From contig CAWGAA010000002.1 in assembly GCA_963820525.1 (NCBI GenBank), positions 512,001 through 576,000 on the forward strand: 64,000 nt of DNA. The letters run 5' to 3'. Source of the DNA: an uncultured Spirochaetota bacterium (GTDB lineage: Bacteria; Spirochaetota; Spirochaetia; SZUA-6; Fen-1364). The position numbers and the translations under genes are program-made. Shown here piece after piece: positions 49,257 to 58,922 of the stretch. The notes beneath the pieces are model-generated. The model was given only the letters and a program-made list of their open reading frames with translations. It was not told the origin of the DNA and did not search any database. The stretch's first letter is position 1; each line of letters begins with the position of its first letter.

Positions 49257-50047
49257 TGAGATCGCTGTGGACGGCCGCGTCCGGAATGATCGGACAGCAA
49301 TTCAATATTGACACGATCGCCAACAACCTGGCAAACGTGAACACGACCGGTTTCAAGCAGAACCGGGCCGACTTCGAGGACCTGCTCTACCAGACGGAGC
49401 TCCTCGCCGGGACGCCCGCCACCGAGGTGACGGTGGTGCCCACGGGCATCCAGGTCGGCCACGGAGTGAAGCCCGCGGCGACCCAGAAGATATTCACCCA
49501 GGGCGCCCTGCAGTCCACGGGCAACGTCTCGGATATCGCAATCGAAGGGGAGGGCTTCTTCCGCGTTCTTCAGTACGATGGTACCTATGCCTATACGCGG
49601 GACGGGTCGTTCAAGATCGATTCAAACGGGCAGATCGTCACTTCCAACGGCTACCGCCTCCTGCCGGAGATCGTGCTGCCGGAGGGCTTTGTCCACGACA
49701 GCCTCGCCATATCCCAGGATGGAAGGATCACGGTGAAGGTGGCGGGAAGCGACGATCCCATCGAGGTGGGCCAGATCGAGCTCTACAGGTTCGTCAATCC
49801 GGCGGGCCTCCAGGCCATCGGGGAAAACCTCCTGAAGGTCACTAACGGCTCTGGAGAGGCGATCGCGGGCCGCCCCGGGTTCGAAGGCATGGGAAAGGTG
49901 CTGCAGAACTTCCTCGAGATGTCCAACGTCTCCGTCGTCAAGGAGATGGTGAACATGATCGTGGCTCAGAGGGCCTACGAGCTGAACTCCCGGGCCATCC
50001 AGACCTCGGACAACATGCTCGCCACGGCAACCAGCCTCAAGAGGTAA
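49253..50047 (+). CDS. flgG: Flagellar distal rod protein
   Basis: SLWTAASGM, NNLANVNTTGFK, YTRDGSF, AQRAYELNS. Confidence 0.96.
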   Translation: MMRSLWTAASGMIGQQFNIDTIANNLANVNTTGFKQNRADFEDLLYQTELLAGTPATEVTVVPTGIQVGHGVKPAATQKIFTQGALQSTGNVSDIAIEGEGFFRVLQYDGTYAYTRDGSFKIDSNGQIVTSNGYRLLPEIVLPEGFVHDSLAISQDGRITVKVAGSDDPIEVGQIELYRFVNPAGLQAIGENLLKVTNGSGEAIAGRPGFEGMGKVLQNFLEMSNVSVVKEMVNMIVAQRAYELNSRAIQTSDNMLATATSLKR

Positions 50048-50059
50048 GGCCGGCTCTCC

Positions 50060-50917
50060 ATGAGAAAGCCGCCGTTCGCCGCGATACTCCTGATGCTCCT
50101 CCTGGCATCGGCGCTCTGTGACGCTGCGGCCGTCACGTTGTACGTGAGGCGCGTGGTGGTGGCTCAGCCCGGCGGCCTCACCGTGGGCGATCTCGTTCAG
50201 ACCTCGGGGGAGGTCTCCCAGGAGCTGCGCGAGGCTCTGGCGCGAAGCGTAGCGATCCTCTCCGACCGCCTCCTCATAATCCCCTCCGGGCTGTACAGCG
50301 GGCTCTTCGAGCAGAGCCTCGGCGGCGGCCTCATTCTTGTGGGCAAGCGCACCCTTGTGGTGCCCCAAGGCTCCCTCGCCGATGCCGCCCTCCAGCTGGT
50401 CGACAGGCTTGCCGATTACCTGGAGAATCAGGGTGGAATCGGAAGGGGGAGGGTGGAGCTCGAGGTGGGGCAGGTATCCGGGCTTCCCGCGGGCATGCCC
50501 CCTTCGGGCCTCGTGTTCACAACCATCCGCGCGGAGAGGAAGGCCGGCCTGTTCTCCGGTCCGGCGGAGTTCAGCTTCAGTTATGCGGGACAGAATCCGG
50601 GCCAGTTGGGAGGCTTCATTGCCTTGAAGATCACCCAGGTGGAGACTCCGGCACCCTCCGCGCCCGGCAGCGTAAGCACGGGTGACGGCATGGTTCTCGG
50701 CAGCCTTGCCGGGGCGATGGCGGGGGATGCGGGAGTGCGCGAGAACGACCCCGTTTCCGTCTTCTTCAGAAAGGGCGCCATCACGATCGAGATGCCGGGC
50801 AGGGCCCTTCAGTCCGCGCACCTCGGCGAGCAGGCGAAAGTCTTCATCCCCGAAAGCCGCTTGAGCTTTTCGGGGATCGTGGTCGGGAACAAGGCGGTGA
50901 GCGTTGAGATCAGATAG
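50060..50917 (+). CDS. flgA: FlgA-like P-ring assembly chaperone
   Basis: Signal peptide; C-terminal GAITIEMPGRALQSAHLGE; lies between flgG and flgI. Confidence 0.7.
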   Translation: MRKPPFAAILLMLLLASALCDAAAVTLYVRRVVVAQPGGLTVGDLVQTSGEVSQELREALARSVAILSDRLLIIPSGLYSGLFEQSLGGGLILVGKRTLVVPQGSLADAALQLVDRLADYLENQGGIGRGRVELEVGQVSGLPAGMPPSGLVFTTIRAERKAGLFSGPAEFSFSYAGQNPGQLGGFIALKITQVETPAPSAPGSVSTGDGMVLGSLAGAMAGDAGVRENDPVSVFFRKGAITIEMPGRALQSAHLGEQAKVFIPESRLSFSGIVVGNKAVSVEIR

Positions 50918-51944
50918 GCTTTGCGGTTTTTCGCGGTTCGGCGCCGCAATCGTCGCCGCGCTTTTGCTTCTTGTAGCTTTCAGCGCCGCGGCCGCCCCTA
51001 CCGTGCGGATCAAGGATATTGCGTACCTTCGCGGCGTACGGGGAAACCAGATTCTCGGATTGGGGCTGGTCACGGGGCTCTCTGGAAAGGGGGACTCCTC
51101 CAACTCCAGCATGCTCCAATCCTCCCTTTCCACCCTCATGTCCAACTTCGGATTCACCGTTTCTCCTCAGGATATCAGGAGCAGGAACTGCGCCGTTGTC
51201 ATGGTGAGCGCGGAGCTGCCCGCCTTCTCACGGCCCGGCGACACCATCGACGTGACGGTGTCGAGCATTGGAGACGCACGGGACCTGGACGGCGGGATCC
51301 TCCTCCAGACCAACCTCCAGGCGGCGAATGGACAGACGTACGCGGTGGCCCAGGGCAAGGTGATGAGCACGCCGGACCCCTCCGGCGTTCGGACCGTGGG
51401 GAGCATTTCCCTGGGCGCGATCGTAGAGAAAGAGGCCGTTTCGCAGTACGTCCAGAACAACACCGTCTCATTGGTGCTTCGAAACCCCGACTTCGTTACG
51501 GCAAGCGCGGTTCAGAAAGCCGTGGAGGCGGCGTTTTCCGGAATCAAGACGACGAGCCGGGACCCCTCCCTCCTGGAGATCCAGATCCCCGACGCCCAGA
51601 GCTCCAATCCCGTCGCGTTTCTCGCTCAACTGGAGGCTCTCACGCTTACCCCCGATGCCAGCGGCAAGGTGGTGATCAATTCCTCAAGCGGGGTCATCGT
51701 GATGGGAGACAGGGTGAGAATCGGCAAGGTGGCGGTCTCCTATAAAAGCGCCCGCGTCACGGTGGGCGCCTCCGCGGCCCAATCCGCGACGCAGCCCGAC
51801 ATCTTCGTGGTCGGGGATACCGCTACCGTGGACGACTTCGTTTCTTCACTGAAATCCGTGGGCCTGAAAACGGATGCCATCATCGGCATCCTCCAGGCTA
51901 TCGAGAAGGCGGGCGCCCTCTTCGGGACGCTCGTGATCATGTGA
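50904..51944 (+). CDS. flgI: Flagellar P-ring protein
   Basis: RIKDIA, GLVTGLSGKGD, VSSIGDA, YAVAQG, AGAL. Confidence 0.95.
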   Translation: MRSDRLCGFSRFGAAIVAALLLLVAFSAAAAPTVRIKDIAYLRGVRGNQILGLGLVTGLSGKGDSSNSSMLQSSLSTLMSNFGFTVSPQDIRSRNCAVVMVSAELPAFSRPGDTIDVTVSSIGDARDLDGGILLQTNLQAANGQTYAVAQGKVMSTPDPSGVRTVGSISLGAIVEKEAVSQYVQNNTVSLVLRNPDFVTASAVQKAVEAAFSGIKTTSRDPSLLEIQIPDAQSSNPVAFLAQLEALTLTPDASGKVVINSSSGVIVMGDRVRIGKVAVSYKSARVTVGASAAQSATQPDIFVVGDTATVDDFVSSLKSVGLKTDAIIGILQAIEKAGALFGTLVIM

Positions 51945-51954
51945 GGGACTGGAC

Positions 51955-52254
51955 ATGATAGTAGCGAGCGCCGGACATTCCTCTTCATACCCGTTGAATC
52001 CCTCCCAGGTGAGGAAACCTGTGGACAAGAACAGCGAGTTGTACAAGGCATGCCTGGACTTCGAGTCTCTTTTCGTAAAACAGATGCTCGACGTCATGCG
52101 AAAGACCGTTCATAAGGATGGCATCCTGGACGGCGGCATGAGCGAAGAGATTTTCGAAGACATGCTATATGACCAGTATGCAAGAAAAATGGCTGAAACC
52201 GCCCAATTCGGGCTTGCGGAAACCATTTATCGTCAGGTATCATCAAAAGCATAG
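51955..52254 (+). CDS. flgJ: Single-domain FlgJ (rod-binding)
   Basis: ACLDFESLFVKQMLDVMRKT, IFEDML, GLAE.IYRQ. Confidence 0.85.
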   Translation: MIVASAGHSSSYPLNPSQVRKPVDKNSELYKACLDFESLFVKQMLDVMRKTVHKDGILDGGMSEEIFEDMLYDQYARKMAETAQFGLAETIYRQVSSKA

Positions 52255-52260
52255 TGCCAC

Positions 52261-52282
52261 TCTGTATGAAAAAACATACAGA
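52261..52282. promoter_or_regulatory. Perfect palindrome, candidate activator-binding site
   Basis: TCTGTATG-A6-CATACAGA (TGT-N12-ACA). Confidence 0.5.
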
Positions 52283-52371
52283 ACGAGGCCAATCAATGCC
52301 TGTCCGAGGGGTAAGATAAAATAATTAATTATAATATAAATAATTAGATGTTATTCGTATGCTCTCCCTCT

Positions 52372-52386
52372 TGGCATGGTACTTGT
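52372..52386 (+). promoter_or_regulatory. sigma54-like -24/-12 promoter
   Basis: TGGCAT-N5-TTGT (GT instead of GC at -12), preceded by an AT tract. Confidence 0.5.
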
Positions 52387-52409
52387 TTATATAAGGGCAG
52401 GAGCTATTG

Positions 52410-53255
52410 ATGGGTAGGAAGAGGGAGATGACGACATCATTCGATGACAACCTCCACGCTTACTTCAGCCAGATTAAGAAGGCCAAGCTCCTGACCTTCG
52501 AGGAAGAGCTCGCCCTTTCCAAGAGAATCCAGGCCGGCGACGAGGAAGCCAGAAACATCCTGATCGAGGCGAACCTCCGCCTCGTCGTGCGCATCGCCAA
52601 GAGCTACATTACGCCGGAGGTTTCAATCCTCGACCTCATCCAGGAGGGCAACCTCGGCCTCATGAGGGCGGTCTCCAAGTACGACTACAAAAAAGGCGTG
52701 CGCTTCAGCACCTATGCCTCCTGGTGGATCAAGCAGTCGATCGTGAGGGCCCTCTCCAACAAGAGAAGGGTCATCCGGCTTCCCCACAGGCAGGAGGAGA
52801 AGCTGCGCAAGATCAATAAAGTCTACAACAATCTCTCCCAGGTCCTCATGCGAGAGCCGACCCTCGTGGAGATCGCCGAGGAAATCGGCCTGGAAGAGGA
52901 GGAGATCGCTTCCATTCTCAACTCCTCCAGCTCCGTAGCCTCCCTCGACTCCACGGCATCGGACGATTCGGGAAGCCTCCACGATGTTGTCGAGGATCTC
53001 TCGTACAACCCCGACAAGGAGCTGATGAAAAAGAACCTCCGCGAAGACACCCTGCGGTTCCTCCAGGGTCTCCACGAGAAGGAGAGGCGGATATTGCTCT
53101 ACAGGTTCTCCTTCATCGGCGGCAGGCGCTACACCCTGAAGAAGATCGGCGATGAGCTGGGCATCTCCCCGGAAACCGTCCGTCAGATCGAGATTCGCGC
53201 CCTCAAGAAACTGCGTTCCTTCTCCGATGAGCTGAAAGAGTACGTTTACAGCTGA
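52410..53255 (+). CDS. rpoS: RpoS-like sigma factor at a Borrelia-type locus
   Basis: [37 protein letters not shown]; no region 1.1; between flgI/flgJ and deacetylase-tsaD. Confidence 0.78.
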   Translation: MGRKREMTTSFDDNLHAYFSQIKKAKLLTFEEELALSKRIQAGDEEARNILIEANLRLVVRIAKSYITPEVSILDLIQEGNLGLMRAVSKYDYKKGVRFSTYASWWIKQSIVRALSNKRRVIRLPHRQEEKLRKINKVYNNLSQVLMREPTLVEIAEEIGLEEEEIASILNSSSSVASLDSTASDDSGSLHDVVEDLSYNPDKELMKKNLREDTLRFLQGLHEKERRILLYRFSFIGGRRYTLKKIGDELGISPETVRQIEIRALKKLRSFSDELKEYVYS

Positions 53256-53270
53256 CGCTCCGGAGTCAAG

Positions 53271-54200
53271 ATGGCTTCCATACCGAAGGCAAAGGCGCGC
53301 TTCGCCTTCGTCTTTCTCACCCTCTGCGCCGTTTCGCTCTTCATCGTCCTGGCAACCTGTCTGCCTTCAAAGCCCGAGGCGTCCAGGGCCCGGCCGCAGC
53401 GCCCATCGGCCGGTGCATCCGAGGTCCAACCCCAGGCGCCCGCCGAGGTGGGCGTCACGCGTCATGAGCCTGAGCGGCTTTCCGCCCAGCCTTCCCTGCC
53501 CGCCGCCCCACCCCAGCGTCCGGCGCCGGAAAAGGGAGGAAGGATGGCCGTCATCATCGACGATGCGGGCTACAAACTCGAGGACCTCCAGCCCTTCCTC
53601 GATTTCCCACCGCCCGTCACGATCGCCGTCCTGCCGAATCTCGCCAACAGCGGCGAAGCGGCACGGCGGGTTTTAGCCGCCGGCAAGGGTCTTCTCCTCC
53701 ACTGTCCGATGGAGCCCCGCAACGGGGAGGATCCCGGTCCCGGAGCCCTTCGAACTGACCAGACCGACGCCGAGATCGAGGGGCTCCTCGCCGCGGCCTT
53801 CAGATCCGTTCCCGGAGCCGAGGGGTTGAACAACCACATGGGCTCCCGGGCCACGGCCGACGAGCGGCTCATGACCGATGTCATGGCCTACTTGAAGAAG
53901 GAAGGGAAGCTGTTCGTCGACAGCAGGACCACCGCGGATTCCGTGGCGGAGCGGATCGCGGCCGGCTTCGGCGTGCCCTTCCTCCAGCGCGACGTCTTCA
54001 TCGACAACGAGCGGGACGCGGCGGACATCGAGCGCGCCATTGCCGCGGGCGTCGAGCGGGCGAGAACCGGGGGAAGCGCGATCCTCATCGGGCATGTACA
54101 TACCCCGGAGATTCTCGCTATATTGAAGAGGGACCTCTCGAAGCTCCAGGAATCGGGAGTCCGGCTCGTGAGCCTCCCTGAAATCCTCGGAAGCGAGTGA
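53271..54200 (+). CDS. Divergent polysaccharide deacetylase family protein
   Basis: AVIIDDAG, LHCPMEP, NNHMGS, FVDSRT, RDVFID, IGH. Confidence 0.93.
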   Translation: MASIPKAKARFAFVFLTLCAVSLFIVLATCLPSKPEASRARPQRPSAGASEVQPQAPAEVGVTRHEPERLSAQPSLPAAPPQRPAPEKGGRMAVIIDDAGYKLEDLQPFLDFPPPVTIAVLPNLANSGEAARRVLAAGKGLLLHCPMEPRNGEDPGPGALRTDQTDAEIEGLLAAAFRSVPGAEGLNNHMGSRATADERLMTDVMAYLKKEGKLFVDSRTTADSVAERIAAGFGVPFLQRDVFIDNERDAADIERAIAAGVERARTGGSAILIGHVHTPEILAILKRDLSKLQESGVRLVSLPEILGSE

Positions 54201-54212
54201 GGAACCGCGAGA

Positions 54213-55226
54213 GTGAAGATCCTCGGGATAGAAAGCTCGTGCGACGAGTGCTCGGCCGCCGTGGTCGAGGACGGACGGCGCATACTCAGCAACATCGTCT
54301 TGAGCCAGGTCGATTTCCACAAGCCCTTCTACGGGGTGGTCCCCGAGATCGCCTCCCGCAAGCACATCGAGTGGATCCAGCCCGTCGTCTCGGACGCGCT
54401 CGCCGAGGCCGCGATGGGGATCGGGGACATCGATGCTGTAGCTGTCACCTACCGCCCGGGGCTGATCGGCTCCCTGCTCGTCGGCCTCTCCTTTGCCAAG
54501 GGGCTGGCGTACGCTCGCGGGCTGCCGCTGGTGGGAGTGGACCACATCCTTGCCCACCTCTACGCCCCGCACCTTGAGCGGGACATTCGCTACCCCTATC
54601 TCGGCCTCCTGGTTTCCGGGGGGCATACCATCATCGCCCGGGTGGATGACTACGATAGGATGGAAGTGCTGGGCACCACGATCGACGACGCATGCGGCGA
54701 GGCATTCGACAAGGTGGCCAAGCACTACGATATCGGGTTTCCCGGCGGGGTTGCGATCGACCGGCTTTCCCGGGAGGGAAACCCACGGGCCTTCCGCTTT
54801 CCTGTTCCGACTCTCGACAAGGGGCAGGCCCTCTACGATGTCTCCTACTCGGGGCTGAAGACGGCCGTCATCCATCAGGTGGATCGGTTTTGGGACGGCA
54901 AGTCGGAAAAGAGCATGGCCAACATCGCAGCGTCCTTCCAGAGGGTGGCAATCGATATCCTGGCCGACAGGGTCATTCGGGCCGCGAAGGACCAGAAGCT
55001 CTCCTGCATCGTGGCGGGGGGCGGTGTTGCCGCCAACAGCTATCTCAGAAAGAGGCTGGGGGATGAGAAAGACTTCGAGGTGATATTCCCCTCGCTCAAG
55101 CTGTGCACCGACAATGCCGCAATGGTGGCCGGCTTCGGATTCCGCGCACTCAGGGATGGAAAAACATCGGATTTCAGCCTCAACGCTTCCGCCCGCGTGC
55201 CCATGTTCAAGCGGACGTATCCCTAG
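54213..55226 (+). CDS. tsaD: tRNA N6-threonylcarbamoyltransferase
   Basis: LGIESSCDE, GVVPEIASR.H, VSGGHT, GEAFDK, TDNAAM. Confidence 0.96.
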   Translation: MKILGIESSCDECSAAVVEDGRRILSNIVLSQVDFHKPFYGVVPEIASRKHIEWIQPVVSDALAEAAMGIGDIDAVAVTYRPGLIGSLLVGLSFAKGLAYARGLPLVGVDHILAHLYAPHLERDIRYPYLGLLVSGGHTIIARVDDYDRMEVLGTTIDDACGEAFDKVAKHYDIGFPGGVAIDRLSREGNPRAFRFPVPTLDKGQALYDVSYSGLKTAVIHQVDRFWDGKSEKSMANIAASFQRVAIDILADRVIRAAKDQKLSCIVAGGGVAANSYLRKRLGDEKDFEVIFPSLKLCTDNAAMVAGFGFRALRDGKTSDFSLNASARVPMFKRTYP

Positions 55227-55310
55227 AGCTCAAGCGGTCCCGCGCATCCTCTCGCCCGCATTGTTGTCCCGGAACCGGGGCTGACGGTAACTTTCACATA
55301 TCGGATTCCC

Positions 55311-56309
55311 GTGATGATGAGACGGAAGCTTGGCAGGACGGGGCTGGTCGTGACGCCCGTCGGGTTGGGGTTGGCCGCCTTGGGGCGGCCGGGCTACATC
55401 ACCCTGAAGCATGACGAGGATCTCGGCTTTGAATACGGCATCAAGGACATGGAGTCGCATGCCCACGACGTTCTGGATGCCGCCTGGCAGGCGGGAATCC
55501 GCTATTTCGACACCGCCAGATCATACGGCCGCGCCGAGTCATTCCTGGCTTCCTGGCTGCGCACCCGAAGGATCAGTCCCGGCGAAGTCTCGGTGGGCTC
55601 CAAGTGGGGGTACACCTACACGGCGGATTGGCTCGTCGCGGCACCGGTTCATGAAACCAAGGAGCATTCCCTGGAGGTGCTGCGGCGGCAGCGGCAGGAA
55701 AGCGAGGGGAATCTAGGGCGCTACCTTCGGCTCTACCAGATCCACTCCGCCACTCTGGAGAGCGGAGTGCTGGCGGACAGGGACGTGCTTGCCGAGCTCG
55801 CCCGCTACCGTGATGAAGGTCTCGCCATCGGACTGACGGTGAGCGGGCCGGGGCAATCGGAGACTCTCTATCGGGCTTTGGAGATCGCCGTCAACGGGAG
55901 GCCGCTTTTCGAGTGCGTTCAAGCCACCTGGAACATCCTCGAGCCGTCTGCGGGCACGGCCCTGGAGGTGGCGCATCGAAGCGGCGTTGGCGTCATCGTC
56001 AAGGAGGCACTGGCGAATGGGCGCCTGACGGGGAAAAACGCGGATCCCGCGTTCTCGCCTAAGCTCACCGCGCTTCAAAGCATCGCGGCCGGACTCGACG
56101 CCGGAGTCGACGCCGTCGCCATTGCAGCAGCGCTGGCGCAGCCGTGGGCGGACGTGGTCTTAAGCGGAGCCGCAGTTCGCGAGCAGCTGTCCTCCAACCT
56201 GACAGCCGAGGAAGTGATCCTGACGGGGAACGAGCTCGAGCGGCTGTCTGAGCTTGCCGAAAACCCGCAGGAATACTGGGGCAAGCGCAGCGCCCTGCCG
56301 TGGAACTGA
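55311..56309 (+). CDS. Aldo/keto reductase
   Basis: GIRYFDTARSYG, SKWG, LYQIHS, KEALANG.L. Confidence 0.92.
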   Translation: MMMRRKLGRTGLVVTPVGLGLAALGRPGYITLKHDEDLGFEYGIKDMESHAHDVLDAAWQAGIRYFDTARSYGRAESFLASWLRTRRISPGEVSVGSKWGYTYTADWLVAAPVHETKEHSLEVLRRQRQESEGNLGRYLRLYQIHSATLESGVLADRDVLAELARYRDEGLAIGLTVSGPGQSETLYRALEIAVNGRPLFECVQATWNILEPSAGTALEVAHRSGVGVIVKEALANGRLTGKNADPAFSPKLTALQSIAAGLDAGVDAVAIAAALAQPWADVVLSGAAVREQLSSNLTAEEVILTGNELERLSELAENPQEYWGKRSALPWN

Positions 56310-56380
56310 AAGACCGGCAAGAAAAGCAGAGACCTGGGTGACAGATTGCGGCCTTCTCCGGGTTGAACTCTTCACGATAT

Positions 56381-57247
56381 ATGAAGACGCTTCGAATGCT
56401 CTCCATTGCCATCACGAGCGCTTTCCTCCTTGCCATGGCCGGCTGCGTAGATCCGGGCTGGAGCTTTCCCACCGGCTATGATTCATTCACGGCCCCCCAG
56501 GGCTACGATACCGGGAGTTGTACTCGCTTTCTCAATGCGGCGGCGGTTTGCATGCGGTCCGAAAAATCGGATAAGGCGGCGAACCTCGCTTCCATCCGCG
56601 ATATGACGGCTCTCATCATGGCGGAGCACTCGGATACCGACGTGATCGTGTTCCCCGAACTGTGCACGAGCTGGCTCTGGGACCCGGCGGATCCCGTCTC
56701 CTATTACGCCTCCGTGGCGGAGCCGGTTCCCGGCCCTTCCACGGCGTATGTATCCGGCCTCGCGTCCCAGTACGGCGTCGCCATTGTCTTCGGTCTGGCG
56801 GAAGTCGAGAACGGCGCTTATTACAGCTGCCAGGCGATGTTGAAACCGGACGGAACGCTTGTGAAATACAGAAAGCGCGGCCTGAACAGCGGCGATAGGG
56901 CAAACGGCTGCACGCCGGGAGCCGCGCGCGCCGAATCCGAGGTCAAGGGAGTGACCGTGGGCTTCCTCATCTGTTCGGACTACCAGGATGAGGCGGTCAT
57001 CCGCGACCTTTCCACGGGAGGCGCTCCCGTGATCCTCGCCAGCATCGCAACCGAGACACGGCTGAACAATGGCGTCGACTTCCTTGCCCGCTCCCTCTCC
57101 CGATGGGTTGTCTATTCCAACGGCGGCGGCACGCAGGGAGATGTATCGCTTCCGGGCCACGTCTTTGTCGCGGATCCAACCGGCACCGTCCACGATCCTG
57201 AAAGCGGGCCGGGAGCCTACTCCTGGTTCCGCATCGGGGTGTATTGA
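56381..57247 (+). CDS. Carbon-nitrogen hydrolase (nitrilase-fold) lipoprotein
   Basis: Lipobox MAGC; triad motifs VFPE, YRK, LICSD. Confidence 0.82.
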   Translation: MKTLRMLSIAITSAFLLAMAGCVDPGWSFPTGYDSFTAPQGYDTGSCTRFLNAAAVCMRSEKSDKAANLASIRDMTALIMAEHSDTDVIVFPELCTSWLWDPADPVSYYASVAEPVPGPSTAYVSGLASQYGVAIVFGLAEVENGAYYSCQAMLKPDGTLVKYRKRGLNSGDRANGCTPGAARAESEVKGVTVGFLICSDYQDEAVIRDLSTGGAPVILASIATETRLNNGVDFLARSLSRWVVYSNGGGTQGDVSLPGHVFVADPTGTVHDPESGPGAYSWFRIGVY

Positions 57248-57855
57248 TGAAGAAACACGCCGCATGTCTCCTGCTCATGGCTGCTGTCGGGATAGCGACG
57301 GCGCTTGCTGACACGCAGCAGCGCGAGCCTTTCCTCTATGTCGCCTGGAATCCGGGCGCCGCCCTGTCGTTCTTTCCAACGGAGTTCGTGACCCGCTCCA
57401 TTCTGCCCACCGTCTTGTTCAACCAGGAAGCCGGCGTGGCGCTCGCCGCGGGGTTTTACCGGGACAGCCAGGTGCTTGAGGGGCGGGCGGCTTTCGGCAA
57501 CTCCAACGCCTACTATTTCGTGATGCAGTTTCAATTCGGCTGGAGCTGGTTTTTCGCGGAGTCGCGGGGTTGGATGGACAAGGGTCCATACGCGGGCGCC
57601 TGCCTGCGCTACTGGGACCTCATCCAGGTGTACAGCGGCGTCCAATCGCACAACATCGCGCCGATGCTCGATGTCGGCTGGTGGTTCGACCTGGGGGGGT
57701 GGTTAATTGATATACGGATGAGCCAGGTCTTCGCCGTGGCATCTTTTTCAAGCATTCCCTACTCCCGGCCGGGCATTGCCTTCATAGCGAGCCCGATTCC
57801 CGGAATCTCGCCCGTGATGCCGATCGGGCTCGTCCAAATCGGAATCAAGCTTTAG
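57247..57855 (+). CDS. Exported hypothetical protein, possible outer-membrane beta-barrel
   Basis: Signal peptide; alternating aromatic/Gly strands; ends VQIGIKL. Confidence 0.6.
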   Translation: MKKHAACLLLMAAVGIATALADTQQREPFLYVAWNPGAALSFFPTEFVTRSILPTVLFNQEAGVALAAGFYRDSQVLEGRAAFGNSNAYYFVMQFQFGWSWFFAESRGWMDKGPYAGACLRYWDLIQVYSGVQSHNIAPMLDVGWWFDLGGWLIDIRMSQVFAVASFSSIPYSRPGIAFIASPIPGISPVMPIGLVQIGIKL

Positions 57856-57901
57856 GCGAAGGGCACGCCTCGCACGCGCCCCGACCCAGCCGCGCCGCCC
57901 T

Positions 57902-57930
57902 TTGACAAGCCGATGGTCGCATATTAGTAT
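57902..57930 (+). promoter_or_regulatory. sigma70 promoter
   Basis: TTGACA-N17-TAGTAT. Confidence 0.65.
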
Positions 57931-57945
57931 AAAAAGGGGTTAGGC

Positions 57946-58389
57946 ATGGAAAGCTTGTTCATTACCTATGCATCGGATTCTCCCGAGGGCATGTCGATCA
58001 TCGACGAGCTGCGCTCCGCCTGCGATGAAATCCATTGTACCGCAGCGGTGAAAAAAGCCCTCGAATCCTCGATTCCGGATCTCGCGGCCGCGGCGATCCT
58101 GGTCTTCGGCGTCCAGAAGACGGGCCAATCGGAGCTGCCCGCCGATTTTTCGCGATTGGCCGAAGCCATGAAGGGCGCCAACTTCGCGGGCAAGACCGCG
58201 GCGTTCATCTCCTTTGGAGGCAATGGGGCTTCGGCCCGGTTGCGCATCATCCTCCGCGACACCGACATCGCGCAGTTCGACGAGGAGCCGGTCTTCGCCT
58301 CGCCGGGCTCCGCCCGGACCGCGAACCTGCGGGAATGGGTCAAGAAGCTGATGACTTTCCACCAGGGGAACCACGGTGCGGGAAAATGA
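57946..58389 (+). CDS. Flavodoxin-fold-like hypothetical protein
   Basis: FITYAS, ILVFG, FAGKTAAFISFG; no clear FMN phosphate loop. Confidence 0.55.
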   Translation: MESLFITYASDSPEGMSIIDELRSACDEIHCTAAVKKALESSIPDLAAAAILVFGVQKTGQSELPADFSRLAEAMKGANFAGKTAAFISFGGNGASARLRIILRDTDIAQFDEEPVFASPGSARTANLREWVKKLMTFHQGNHGAGK

Positions 58390-58915
58390 GCTTCTCGACT
58401 CAGTTATCAGGAAGATTCCCGACTTTCCGAAGCCCGGAGTCCTTTTCTACGATATCACGGGAATCCTCGTAAACCCTCCCGCCTTCATATCCTGCATCGA
58501 CCTCATGATGGAGATCTACCGGGAGACGCCCATCGACGCCGTGGCTGCCATTGAGTCGCGCGGCTTCGTGTTCGCGGCACCCTTCGCGTACAAGCGGCAG
58601 GTCCCGCTGATCCTCCTTCGAAAGAAGGGAAAGCTTCCGGGAGATACCTTCAAGATGCGTTTCACCCTCGAGTATGGAGAGGACGTCCTGGAGGTGCATA
58701 AAAGCGACGTGCGCCCGGGGATGCGCGTTCTCCTGGTCGATGACCTGATCGCCACCGGAGGAACCTTGAGCGCATCGGCGAAGCTCCTCACCCAGGGGGG
58801 AGCCCGGGTAGCCGCGGTGTTCGGTGTTGTGGGGCTGCCCTTCCTCCACTACGAGAAGGCCCTCGCGGGCCTGCCGGTGACCACTCTCATCCAGTACGGC
58901 AGCGAGAAGGCCTGA
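58376..58915 (+). CDS. apt: Adenine phosphoribosyltransferase
   Basis: PDFPKPGVLFYDIT, IESRGF, RKKGKLP, LEYG, VDDLIATGGT. Confidence 0.96.
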   Translation: MRENELLDSVIRKIPDFPKPGVLFYDITGILVNPPAFISCIDLMMEIYRETPIDAVAAIESRGFVFAAPFAYKRQVPLILLRKKGKLPGDTFKMRFTLEYGEDVLEVHKSDVRPGMRVLLVDDLIATGGTLSASAKLLTQGGARVAAVFGVVGLPFLHYEKALAGLPVTTLIQYGSEKA

Positions 58916-58922
58916 AGAGCTT

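Noticed and set aside
50060..51944. Missing flgH as an anomaly
   Set aside because: A P-ring without an L-ring is known in spirochaetes such as Borrelia, and flgH could lie outside the window.
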